From contig JAIXUS010000028.1 in assembly GCA_027483445.1 (NCBI GenBank), positions 3,328 to 67,327 of the forward strand: a DNA stretch of 64,000 nt. Direction: 5' to 3'. Under the pieces are notes generated by a model, which was not told where the DNA came from, did no database searches, and saw only the letters and a list, made by a program, of their open reading frames with translations. The position numbers and the translations under genes were made by a program. This DNA comes from Bacteroidota bacterium. GTDB taxonomy: Bacteria > Bacteroidota > Bacteroidia > M30B66. Shown piece by piece: positions 35,576-45,288 of this stretch (its first letter is position 1; the number at the start of each line of letters is the position of its first letter).

Positions 35576-37882
35576 GTGACACCCTTCATTCAAAACACTT
35601 CGTCGCACCAAAACTTGTGGCCCGCCCTGTATGGCGGATTATTGGCTGCATTCTGGATGACACCCGACATACAACCGGCTTTGGGCGCGTATGGCTGGAA
35701 TGAAATTGGAGAAGCCACCCTCAAACGGCTCGATGCCAACGCCAGAGTCGGTGAATTTCAGCAGTTCATCATCGCCTTCTGCCTCTGTACCGGTTTTTTG
35801 TGGTGGAGTCTCAGCAAAGCCTTCCTACGCTTGCCATCTCCCCTGCTCCAACTCGTTAGAGCGCTTTCTGTAGCCGGCGCATTGCTCGTTTTCGGAGCAT
35901 TCTTTCAACCTGGCATTACGAGCACTGTACTTTGGCCACTGGCGTGGATGGCCCCACTGTACGTTTTTCAATCGCGTTTCTCGTCGAAGTTAGTGCTCCA
36001 GTCGAGCGTCGCCTCGATGGCCTTTAGCATCAGCACCTTTTTGCTCGTTCAATGGCTTTACCCCAAAGCGCTTGGAACTACTGCGCAGGTAGCCCTCATT
36101 TTTAGCACTTATACAATATGGTTGTTTTGGCTACTTAATCGTGGAAATCGTTTTAAAAACTGGGTTTCAGCGCAAGCCGCAGGAAGCACTATTGCACTTC
36201 TGCCCTTTGTTGTTTCTGAGTTGAAATATGTGCTTCACCGCAATGGCATTGGTGCTTCAGCCGATTTTTTAACCGCTTGTCTCTTAGCATTGTGCTTGAT
36301 AGCTGCATTTTTCGTCTACCGTCGCCCAGCGTGGTCGTTCAAAAAATCGATGGGCTTGATGGCTGTACAGCTGCTCATGGGCTCGGTGTTTATGGCTTAT
36401 TATACGCCTAACGGACAAGCCCCGACAGAAATGTATGAGCTTGCGAACCGCGCACTTCCGCTTATGGAATGGCACTTTTTCAGAACGATACCATTGTTGG
36501 AAAAAGTTTCGTCGCATTTTGTTTCCGATTACGGGTTTGGGCTCATGTATCAGGCTGTGCATGGTTACCATGGTCTTGACTTTCTCATTTACGACGTATT
36601 TGAATACGTACTTTGGGCGATAATCCTATACTTGTTATTGAAACAGCTGCTTCAGTCGTCGCTCCTTGCCTTGTTTTGCGCCTTGCTGTTGCCCTGGAGT
36701 TCCGGATCATTTTCGGCCTATTACCTTCCAGGCTTCTTACCACTGTTGTTCTTTCTGCATTTACTGAAGCGTCCATCAACACCAAATTATATTGCTTTTG
36801 CAGTTGTAACGGTTGCACTCATTCCCTGGAGAGCCGATTTGTCGGTCGCCTTTTTACCCGGAGTTTTGATTTTGGCACTCGTGGCCATCCTTCAACATCG
36901 CCTATCTGCGAAAAGCCTGGTTTCCAGCTTTATGGCTTCAGGTTTAACCCTGGCGCTGGTTTGTTGGGCAATATGTCTGTACAAGGGCATCGACTGGATA
37001 AAAAACCTGAAAGCGATTTTAGATTATCTCATCAGCACCCAGTCATACAGCCTTACAACAATGGGCGACACAGGTAGCGCACACTGGGTTTTGCACCATT
37101 ACCTGATGCCACTGATGGCCGCACTTGGACTGTTAATCTCGTTCAAAAGCCTTTTAGCGTCGAGGTTTAAGGCGCATTTCATGCGGGATGGCATTTTGGT
37201 TTTTTGTGCCTTGTTTGTGTTGATCAATTTTCCACGTGGCATTGTTCGGCATGGGTTTGCGGAGGGTTCCGACAATTTTCTGCTCTCAGTTTCGCTGTTG
37301 TGCTTTCCACTTTCGGTGTTGTGGAGTACAGCCTTAAAACCCTTTCAGCGCAACAGTCTGTACCTGATTTGGATTTTTGTGTTTTCCATTTGGATGCGCT
37401 TTCCGAGTCGCTCCGCTGATGAATCAACACTTGCAGTGGTGTCTATTAAACCACTGAAATCAAGTTCGGTACACTATCATGAATCGAACAAGCGATTGTT
37501 GCCCGATCTGGACTTTTGCAAGGCCAATACAGACACTGTCGTGGGATGGCTTCGCGGCAGATTGGAGGAAGATGAGACCTTCCTGGATTTCAGCAATACG
37601 CCGATGTTGTATTTCTATGCCGAAAAGCCTGTGCCTTCTTTCTTCTTTCAAAACCCACAAAATGTGCACAGTATAACTTTACAGGAGGATTGGATTTCGC
37701 GCTTGCCTCAGTATAAAGTGCCGTATGTGTTGTACCGTCACCACCCACCCAGCTGGTGGGATGCCACAGATGGAGTTTCGAATGAGGTGCGACATGTATT
37801 CATTGCCTTGTATCTTCGCCGAAATTATCGCTTCCATGCCTTTGTAGGAGGTTACGAAATCTGGAAGCAGCGTGAAAGATGA
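35576..37882 (+). CDS. Polytopic membrane protein, possibly a GT-C-type glycosyltransferase
   Basis: Many TM segments plus a C-terminal soluble domain (FLDFSNTPMLYF); ATGA overlap with the GT9 gene; start uncertain (35558 TTG or 35576 GTG). Confidence 0.65.
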   Translation: MTPFIQNTSSHQNLWPALYGGLLAAFWMTPDIQPALGAYGWNEIGEATLKRLDANARVGEFQQFIIAFCLCTGFLWWSLSKAFLRLPSPLLQLVRALSVAGALLVFGAFFQPGITSTVLWPLAWMAPLYVFQSRFSSKLVLQSSVASMAFSISTFLLVQWLYPKALGTTAQVALIFSTYTIWLFWLLNRGNRFKNWVSAQAAGSTIALLPFVVSELKYVLHRNGIGASADFLTACLLALCLIAAFFVYRRPAWSFKKSMGLMAVQLLMGSVFMAYYTPNGQAPTEMYELANRALPLMEWHFFRTIPLLEKVSSHFVSDYGFGLMYQAVHGYHGLDFLIYDVFEYVLWAIILYLLLKQLLQSSLLALFCALLLPWSSGSFSAYYLPGFLPLLFFLHLLKRPSTPNYIAFAVVTVALIPWRADLSVAFLPGVLILALVAILQHRLSAKSLVSSFMASGLTLALVCWAICLYKGIDWIKNLKAILDYLISTQSYSLTTMGDTGSAHWVLHHYLMPLMAALGLLISFKSLLASRFKAHFMRDGILVFCALFVLINFPRGIVRHGFAEGSDNFLLSVSLLCFPLSVLWSTALKPFQRNSLYLIWIFVFSIWMRFPSRSADESTLAVVSIKPLKSSSVHYHESNKRLLPDLDFCKANTDTVVGWLRGRLEEDETFLDFSNTPMLYFYAEKPVPSFFFQNPQNVHSITLQEDWISRLPQYKVPYVLYRHHPPSWWDATDGVSNEVRHVFIALYLRRNYRFHAFVGGYEIWKQRER

Positions 37883-39111
37883 ACACCCGCAGCCAAATTG
37901 TACTTGATCAAAAAATAGGTGGACTACTGTGCTACCTGCTGCGATTTTGGGTTCGGCTTGGAGGCATGGTGCTCAGAATAAACCATCGGCTCGACAGGCC
38001 ATTTGAGCGTATTGTAGTGTGCAAGTTCAAGGGCATGGGCTCAATTGTTCAAGCCTCAGCCTTGCTGAACAGCCTACGGCAAAATTACCCTCAAGCTGAG
38101 CTTTACTTCCTCACAACACCGGCCAACAAAGGAATTTTGGCTTCATTCGGCAGCCTGAAAATCCAAACCTTGTTGGTCGACGATCGTTCGTTATGGGCCC
38201 TGATTGCCGGAACAGTGCGGGCAGTCATCAGCCTTTGGCGAATACGCCCGCAGCTCTACCTCGACCTCGAAGTGTATTCGAACTACTCGAGCTTGGTGTG
38301 CACCTTGAGTTGCGCAACAAACCGAATTGGCTTCTACAAGAGCGACAAAGAATACCGAAGTGGCTTATACACGCATTTGATGTACTACAACATCAAGGCA
38401 CCTATTTCGGAGATTTATTTGCAAATGTTGCGCTTGTTACCGGGCAAGCCGGGATACGCTGCGCTGATGGCTCCGGAATTTCCAGCCAACGCTGCAATGG
38501 AACTCGGAAAAGTATTGCCGGCTGGAGTCTCCTACATGGTCATCAACCCCAACGCCTCCGATTTAAGACTCGAAAGACGCTGGGGGCCAAACAGTTTCAA
38601 AGCGCTGATAGGAAGGCTTTTGGTCATCTATCCACAGCACTATTTTGTGTTTACCGGTGCGCATTCGGAGTCTGAGTATGTGGCTGGCATTTGTGCATCA
38701 TTTTCTGCCGAGCCGCGTGTGCTAAATTCAGCCGGTAGACTCTCGCTAAATGGACTGTTTGCCTTACTAAACGGAGCACAGGCTGTTATAACCAACGACA
38801 CCGGACCATTGCACCTGGCCCTGGCCTATCGAAAACCGACCGTGGGCTTATTCGGTCCTTGTTCGCCGCAACAGTACGGACAAATGGAAAGTTGTGTGGC
38901 CGTTTACAAAAACGTGTATTGCAGTCCGTGCGTGCATGAGTTTAGCATTCCGCCTTGCCGTGGCAACAATACCTGCATGCAACTGATTGAGGTGGAAGAA
39001 GTGCTGCAAGCCTTGTCGGAAGCGCTTCACAGGGCCAATCGCAAGGAGCAAACCCCATTTATTTACCAAATCGACAACCAGGCCTTAGGCTTTGTGGATA
39101 ACCGCAATTGA
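37879..39111 (+). CDS. Glycosyltransferase family 9 (heptosyltransferase-like)
   Basis: KFKGMGSIV, RRWG, ITNDTGPLHLA, PTVGLFGP, C-terminal CSPC...PC....TC. Confidence 0.9.
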   Translation: MNTRSQIVLDQKIGGLLCYLLRFWVRLGGMVLRINHRLDRPFERIVVCKFKGMGSIVQASALLNSLRQNYPQAELYFLTTPANKGILASFGSLKIQTLLVDDRSLWALIAGTVRAVISLWRIRPQLYLDLEVYSNYSSLVCTLSCATNRIGFYKSDKEYRSGLYTHLMYYNIKAPISEIYLQMLRLLPGKPGYAALMAPEFPANAAMELGKVLPAGVSYMVINPNASDLRLERRWGPNSFKALIGRLLVIYPQHYFVFTGAHSESEYVAGICASFSAEPRVLNSAGRLSLNGLFALLNGAQAVITNDTGPLHLALAYRKPTVGLFGPCSPQQYGQMESCVAVYKNVYCSPCVHEFSIPPCRGNNTCMQLIEVEEVLQALSEALHRANRKEQTPFIYQIDNQALGFVDNRN

Positions 39112-39112
39112 T

Positions 39113-40144
39113 ATGCATCGTTTTTTCGCTTCCGACAATGGCTCGGGCATTCATCCAAACATACTTGAAGCCTTAACAAAGGCCAATGTTGGACATACCA
39201 AGGGCTACGGCTACGACGAATTTACACGGCGAGCTGAGGCAGATTTCAGCGCTTTGTTTGGCGACCACATTCAAGTGTTTTTCGTGTACAGTGGCACCGG
39301 AGCCAATGTGCTTTCGTTGCAAAGCTGTTTGCAATCGTTCGAGGCGGTGGTTTGCAGCGACACTGCACACATCTACACCGACGAAACCGGAGCACCTGAA
39401 TACAATCTGGGCGTAAAGCTGATTGCTTTACCTTCGGTAGATGGTAAAATTTCGGTTGATCAGCTCGATCGGATATTGATTGGCAGAGGTGTGGAGCATC
39501 ACGTGCAGCCTAAGGTAATTTCGCTCACCCAAAGCACGGAGTATGGAACCATTTACAGCCTTGAAGAAGTGAAGGCCATTTCTGCCTTTTGCCGCCAGCA
39601 CGATTTGTATTTGCACATGGATGGGGCCCGGATTGCCAATGCCCTCGCCTCGCTGAATTGCAGTCCTAACGCATTTTTTAGTGAAGCGGGCGTTGATATT
39701 CTCAGTTTCGGTGGCACCAAAAACGGTATGTTGATGGGTGAAGCTGTGGTGGTGTTTCGGGAGGAGCTCGCCAAAACAATGAAATACCGGAGAAAGCAAT
39801 CGTTGCAGCTATATTCTAAAATGCGGTTCATGTCGGCGCAATTCAGTGCCTATTTTCACGATGGACTTTGGCTTGATCTGGCTCGACACAGCAACGAAAT
39901 GGCGAGATATCTAGCCGATGAATTGCATAGTTTAGGCGAACAGGTGCGCATTACCCGACCTGTAGAAGCCAATGGAGTGTTCTGTATTTTTCCGAATGGC
40001 ATAGAGGAAGAACTCATGGAGCGTTTTCCGTTCTATTATTGGAATGAGGAGGATCGCGAAATCAGATTGATGTGCAGCTGGGACACCACAACTGCTGATA
40101 TTGATGCGTTTGTGGAGGCCACGCGGAGATTGATGCCGAAATAG
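39113..40144 (+). CDS. ltaE: Low-specificity L-threonine aldolase
   Basis: FASDN, SGTGAN, HIYTDETGA, LHMDGARIAN, SFGGTKNG (PLP lysine). Confidence 0.92.
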   Translation: MHRFFASDNGSGIHPNILEALTKANVGHTKGYGYDEFTRRAEADFSALFGDHIQVFFVYSGTGANVLSLQSCLQSFEAVVCSDTAHIYTDETGAPEYNLGVKLIALPSVDGKISVDQLDRILIGRGVEHHVQPKVISLTQSTEYGTIYSLEEVKAISAFCRQHDLYLHMDGARIANALASLNCSPNAFFSEAGVDILSFGGTKNGMLMGEAVVVFREELAKTMKYRRKQSLQLYSKMRFMSAQFSAYFHDGLWLDLARHSNEMARYLADELHSLGEQVRITRPVEANGVFCIFPNGIEEELMERFPFYYWNEEDREIRLMCSWDTTTADIDAFVEATRRLMPK

Positions 40145-40474
40145 GGCGTATCAGCCTGAGTTCAGCTGCGTATGGGCAAAGTCCTGCAAACTTTAAATTC
40201 CTGACAGATTTATGCGGCAAGCGGTGATTTGGGGTGATGCTTGTTTGATGACTTGCTGAACAGCCCTTGCCCCTATTTTTTTGACTGAGTTTCGATCCGG
40301 AACCGATGCTTGCTGATTGCATTCAAACGGCCGAATCTACAGGCTTTGGGCATATTATTGAATGCCCTTTTGGGCGCGAATGATGGCCGCGCATCGGTAG
40401 CGAATAACCGAAGATTGAAGCCTCACATTGTTCGTCTGTTTTTTTGCTACTTTCATTGTAAGAAAACCAACGCT

Positions 40475-41494
40475 ATGAAAATTGTAAAATTTATTGGGAT
40501 AGGTCTGCTCGGCCTGGTCCTCCTTATTGTGATTGCCGGCCTTATTCTGCCGGCAAAAGTCGAAACTGAACGATCGCTGCTCATCAATGCCTCGCCAGAA
40601 GTGCTCTTCGAACAGGTGAATGTGCTGCCCAACTGGGAAAAATGGTCGCCGTGGAAGGAAATGGATCCTGAGTCGAAAATGACATACTCCACGCCCAATG
40701 CCGGGGTGGGCGCTTTCTACACCTGGGAAGGTCCCGAAACCGGAAAAGGCAAACTTACCCTAACCGAGGTGGTGCCTTACAGCCGAATAAACACAAAGCT
40801 GGAGTTCGATGGACAGGGCAATTCAACGGCTGCATATTTATTTGAGCCTCAACCCGACGGACAGGTAAATGTGCGTTGGACCTTCAGCACCGACATGGGT
40901 GGAAATCCGTTTATGCGGGTGTTTGGAGTGGTGATGAAGAGCATGCTGAACGACCAGTTTGAACGCGGCCTTCAAAAACTTAAAGAAGTTGCAGAGGCCG
41001 CACCGAAGCCGGTAAAGCTAAGCTGGAAAGGACGAGTGGAAGCCGCTACAGTACTCGATCTTCCGGCACAATACTACCTTGCGGTACACGATACTGCATC
41101 GGTGGCTACCATTTCCAATAAGTTGGGACAAGCTTATGGTAAGATCATGGAGGCCGCAGCCAAACAAAAGCTTGAGCCCAGCGGACCTCCTTTTGCCATT
41201 TATTACTCGCAATCGAACACCCAATTCGACTTTGATGCGGCTTTGCCCATCGGAAAAGCAGGTAAGTCGGAAGGTATGGTAATGGCGGCTCAGCGCTCGG
41301 CCAGGAGAGCAGTTTGTGTAGCCTTTTACGGCGATTACAGCCAAACTCCACTCGCCCACGAAACCGCCGATGCCTTTATTAGAAACAACAACAAAACCAC
41401 GACGGGTCCACCTTGGGAAGAATATGTCAGCGATCCGGGTCTGGAAAAAGACACTTCGAATTGGTTAACCAAAGTGTATTACCCCATCCGTTAA
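40475..41494 (+). CDS. Membrane-anchored SRPBCC + GyrI-like domain protein
   Basis: N-terminal TM, ERSLLINASPE..WEKWSPW (SRPBCC), C-terminal YGDY...PWEEYVSDP...TKVYYP (GyrI-like). Confidence 0.85.
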   Translation: MKIVKFIGIGLLGLVLLIVIAGLILPAKVETERSLLINASPEVLFEQVNVLPNWEKWSPWKEMDPESKMTYSTPNAGVGAFYTWEGPETGKGKLTLTEVVPYSRINTKLEFDGQGNSTAAYLFEPQPDGQVNVRWTFSTDMGGNPFMRVFGVVMKSMLNDQFERGLQKLKEVAEAAPKPVKLSWKGRVEAATVLDLPAQYYLAVHDTASVATISNKLGQAYGKIMEAAAKQKLEPSGPPFAIYYSQSNTQFDFDAALPIGKAGKSEGMVMAAQRSARRAVCVAFYGDYSQTPLAHETADAFIRNNNKTTTGPPWEEYVSDPGLEKDTSNWLTKVYYPIR

Positions 41495-41557
41495 ACCTGA
41501 ATATCCTTCTTTTGGATTAAGGCTGCACGGCAGTAAATACTAACGAGTCTCATTCGT

Positions 41558-42424
41558 TTATCCACGCCTAGCGGTAACCATTCGGGGATTGCCGCTCAGG
41601 TCGTGGTGAATGCGCACATCCATAAGTTGGGCCTTTCGGAACAGGCTAGCCACCTCATCGCAACGGCGGTAATGGCATTCGACGGCCAATAAACCGCCGG
41701 GCTTTAGGCTCTGCCCACTTGCCAATGCGGCCAATTTGCGGTAAAACACCAGGGCATCGCTGCCGGGAGCAAATAAGGCCAGATGAGGCTCGTGTTCAAG
41801 CACAGTGCTGCTTATGCTTTCCGATTCGTCAATCGTAATGTATGGCGGGTTCGACACCAGCACGTCCACAGGTGTCGAAAGGGATTCAATTTGCAACAGG
41901 TCGAACTGTTCAAAACTAACCTCCAGCTGTAGTCTCTCTGCATTTTCGAGGGCAACAGTCAGTGCCTCCCGGCTCAGGTCAGAGGCACTCAGTTTGGCCT
42001 GTGGCAAGTAATGTTTCAGCGCCAGGGCAATGCAGCCGCTCCCTGAACAGGCATCATGTATGTGCAGCGAGGAACTGCCGCCAAATTGCTCCACAATCAG
42101 ATTCACCAACTCCTCAGTTTCGGGTCGAGGTATAAGCACCGCAGGATTTACCGTGAGTTCCAGCTCCATAAACCAGGTCCTGCCCATGATATATTGCACT
42201 GGCTCACCCTTTCGAAGGCGCTTCACAAATCGCGAATAGGCCAGTAACTCGCTTTCGAGCACTCGTTTATCGGGCTCGAGGTGTAAGGTGAGGTGCGAAA
42301 AGCCGTTAATCCATCCCGCCGCGAGGCGAAAAAGCACCAAAACCTCCTCCTTACTGTACTGAGGCTCCAGCTGAGCATAGAAAAACTTACGGATGTCGGA
42401 TAAACGATTCCCTCCAATTTTCAT
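41558..42424 (-). CDS. prmC: Release factor glutamine methyltransferase
   Basis: GEPVQYIMG, VLIPRPETEELV, DACSGSGCIA, VSNPPYI, HEPHLALF. Confidence 0.95.
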   Translation of the reverse strand: MKIGGNRLSDIRKFFYAQLEPQYSKEEVLVLFRLAAGWINGFSHLTLHLEPDKRVLESELLAYSRFVKRLRKGEPVQYIMGRTWFMELELTVNPAVLIPRPETEELVNLIVEQFGGSSSLHIHDACSGSGCIALALKHYLPQAKLSASDLSREALTVALENAERLQLEVSFEQFDLLQIESLSTPVDVLVSNPPYITIDESESISSTVLEHEPHLALFAPGSDALVFYRKLAALASGQSLKPGGLLAVECHYRRCDEVASLFRKAQLMDVRIHHDLSGNPRMVTARRG

Positions 42425-42472
42425 AGATGCGCAAGATGCACAATTTTGGCGTGTGCGCTGTACCTTGCAGCC

Positions 42473-43528
42473 ATGGAAGCATACATGCGCCGCGCCATCG
42501 AAATTGCCCGTTTTGGGGAAGGCTTTGTCGCCCCGAATCCTATGGTAGGCTGCGTAATTGTTGCTGATAATCAAATTATTGGGGAGGGATGGCATCGCGC
42601 TTACGGTGAGGCCCATGCCGAGGTGAGAGCCCTCGAAGCCGTAAGCAACAAAGACTTGCTTCGCCGTGCCACCCTGTATGTTACCCTCGAACCTTGCAGT
42701 CACTACGGCAAAACACCGCCCTGTGCCAAAGCCATTGTTGATGCCGGAATCCAAAAGGTTGTTATAGCTACACTCGACCCTAATCCACTTGTGGCAGGCC
42801 GAGGCATGTCTTTTTTAAAAGCGCATGGCATAGCGGTAAGCACCAGACTGTTGGCCAAGGAGGCCCGCTACATGAACCGACGCTTTCTGTACGCTTTTGA
42901 GCACAGCCTGCCTTACGTTGTGTTAAAGTGGGCCGAGAGTGCCGACCGCTTTATGGACCCCTTACGGAGCTCTGGTGAGCAAGGCAGCATAGCCATATCG
43001 TCGCGCCTCTCGCGCCAGGATGCTCATCGGCTGAGGGCCGCTCAACAGGCTATTCTGGTGGGGAAAAACACGGCGCTTATCGACAATCCGGCCCTAACAC
43101 TTCGCCATTGGCCAGGCCGAAATCCCACGCGTATTCTCCTCGATGCTCAACTGGAGGTGCCGCGGCACTTTACTCTTTTCGATGACTCAGCGCGCGTACT
43201 GGTGTTCAACCGCCTGCGAAATGAACACGAGGGGCATGTCGAATTCTGCCAATATGCCGGCGACATGCTCGAGCCCGCGGCACTTTTGCAAATGTTACAA
43301 ATTCGGGGAATCCAATCTGTGTTGGTTGAAGGCGGCCGAAACACGCTGCAACAATTTATCGATGCCGGGTTATGGAACGAAGTCTGGATTTACCAATCGT
43401 CACAAACCCTTCAACACGGCTTACCCGCCCCTACTCTGCCCAGTTTACAGCCTTTTGCCGTAGATCGTCTTGGTGAGGATTTGAGAATGATATATTTGAA
43501 TACAGCGATTACTGTTATTCACGGATAA
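42473..43528 (+). CDS. ribD: Riboflavin biosynthesis deaminase/reductase
   Basis: PNPMVGCVIV, HAE, LEPCSHYGKTPPC, LKWAES.D, DNPALT.R, VEGG. Confidence 0.96.
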   Translation: MEAYMRRAIEIARFGEGFVAPNPMVGCVIVADNQIIGEGWHRAYGEAHAEVRALEAVSNKDLLRRATLYVTLEPCSHYGKTPPCAKAIVDAGIQKVVIATLDPNPLVAGRGMSFLKAHGIAVSTRLLAKEARYMNRRFLYAFEHSLPYVVLKWAESADRFMDPLRSSGEQGSIAISSRLSRQDAHRLRAAQQAILVGKNTALIDNPALTLRHWPGRNPTRILLDAQLEVPRHFTLFDDSARVLVFNRLRNEHEGHVEFCQYAGDMLEPAALLQMLQIRGIQSVLVEGGRNTLQQFIDAGLWNEVWIYQSSQTLQHGLPAPTLPSLQPFAVDRLGEDLRMIYLNTAITVIHG

Positions 43529-45191
43529 ACTTGAGCTGTTGCGGTCCATCGGCCCGTTGAACGGTTACAATGTACATTCCTGCGGGTAATTGTTGCACCG
43601 GCAAAGCATTGCCTCGGCCTTGGATCAGAAGCTTACCGCTGATGTCGTGCACCAGATAGGGCTCATGATCCAGAGTATTCAAATACAGGGTTTCGGCCAC
43701 CGGATTTGGCCAAGCCACGAGAGATTGTAGCCCGGAGGCAGAAGGCCATCCGCCGGTAGGCGATAAATTATAACGAAACAGGTAGCCTTGCAAAGTAGTA
43801 TCACCGGGAATTACGTCGTTTAAGGCATCGGCGCCCGGGTTGGTATTGCCTTCGAGCTGACCAGCCACATGGAGAATGGAATTGCTCATTTCAATATCGA
43901 GCACCGACTGAGTGCCGGTACCCAAAATTTGAATGAGGTTTACCAGTTGGTTATTCTCGTTGAGATAGGCTAAAAATCCATCAGATTCGATACCCGAAAC
44001 TAAGCTCAGGGTACCTGCAGCGGAGGGCAGCGTTAAATTTCCGGTGAAGGTACCACTCAAAAGCACCTGATTTTCGGGGGTAAACACCATTGAACCAAAA
44101 GTGGCATTGAGTCCGCTAAGCCCATCTGCCACAAAACCATTCACGTAATTGCCCTGATTGGTGTAGCGTAGCAGGAATGGAGCCGCGGCAATTCCATTTG
44201 AGTTTAGCTGCACGGTAGCAAAACCGGGGTCTACATCCATTGAGCTGCTGTTCATAGAGCCATTGAGAACAATTTGGTTATCGGGCGTAACCATTACCTG
44301 ATTGCCCAATTCAATTGAATTTGCACCGAGGTTAAAGCCCCAGGCGAGAGCACCGGTGCTGGCATTGTACTTCACTAAGTAAGCATCTGTGGCGCAGGTA
44401 AGGTTGGTTGTGCCCGGCCCTGGATCAATATCGGCGGTGCCACCCAGCAATCCGGTGCAATACACAAAACCATCTTCAGCAATGGCCAACGATGAAACAT
44501 AATCGATTACAGGTGTGGTTGAACCGATGGTATTTACCCACTGTAAGTTAAGATCGGTATCGTACTTGGCCAAAAAGCCATCGCCCGAAAAGACAAATGA
44601 ACTGCGCGAGGCGGTGCCGGGACCAAAGTCGAAATCGACTGTATTGTTGTACTGCCCGCAAAGGTAGAGCTCGTTACTGTCGTAATTGTAGCGAATGCTA
44701 CGGATGTCGATTACTCCGCCGGGACTAAGGTCAACAAAGCTCAGGAGTGAACCGGTTTCGCCTTCGAGGCGGACGAAAAAGCCATCCAGTCCATTGGCCG
44801 GATTAGAGGCAATGAGCTGCTCTTCGGCATCGGGGTTTACGTCGATGCTACCTGTAAAGCGGCCCGAAACCCATACATTGCCGAGTGGGTCGGTGGCAAT
44901 TGCCGAAACCTGATCATTCCCACTACCGCCAATGGCCTTTACCCAGAGTAACTGTCCGGTGGCGCTGTAACGGGCTATGTACACATCCTGAAATCCGTAG
45001 CCATCCAACGAAGTTTGACCAAAAGTGGCAGGCCCCTGAAAGTTCCCGGCCACAAAAACTCCACCTTGGGGCGCCGAAGCAATGCGTTGTGCGTTATCGC
45101 TTTGCGGACCTCCGAAAGTGTTGGCCCACTCAAATTGTTGGGCATTCAAAAAACACGGGAGCAGCGCCAGAACGAGGTAAATTTTCTGCAT
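43515..45191 (-). CDS. SBBP-type beta-propeller protein with T9SS type-A sorting domain
   Basis: Signal peptide, repeats of G.F.G..D.DPG and D.Y..KY...G...W, C-terminal WPNPV...DISGK...LPAGMY; -7 element TACTTTTG at 45211-45218. Confidence 0.88.
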   Translation of the reverse strand: MQKIYLVLALLPCFLNAQQFEWANTFGGPQSDNAQRIASAPQGGVFVAGNFQGPATFGQTSLDGYGFQDVYIARYSATGQLLWVKAIGGSGNDQVSAIATDPLGNVWVSGRFTGSIDVNPDAEEQLIASNPANGLDGFFVRLEGETGSLLSFVDLSPGGVIDIRSIRYNYDSNELYLCGQYNNTVDFDFGPGTASRSSFVFSGDGFLAKYDTDLNLQWVNTIGSTTPVIDYVSSLAIAEDGFVYCTGLLGGTADIDPGPGTTNLTCATDAYLVKYNASTGALAWGFNLGANSIELGNQVMVTPDNQIVLNGSMNSSSMDVDPGFATVQLNSNGIAAAPFLLRYTNQGNYVNGFVADGLSGLNATFGSMVFTPENQVLLSGTFTGNLTLPSAAGTLSLVSGIESDGFLAYLNENNQLVNLIQILGTGTQSVLDIEMSNSILHVAGQLEGNTNPGADALNDVIPGDTTLQGYLFRYNLSPTGGWPSASGLQSLVAWPNPVAETLYLNTLDHEPYLVHDISGKLLIQGRGNALPVQQLPAGMYIVTVQRADGPQQLKFIRE

Positions 45192-45288
45192 CAATGTGGT
45201 ATTGGTTTTTCAAAAGTAGAGAGTATACCGCATTCTGCAAGGATGAGTTACAAACCGCAGGCTTTTGATAACTTCGACCTGCAGCCGA

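Noticed and set aside
42425-42754. 110-aa N-terminal extension of PrmC, and a possible FMN riboswitch before ribD
   Set aside because: The extension overlaps ribD antisense; the true intergenic gap is only 48 bp, too short for a riboswitch
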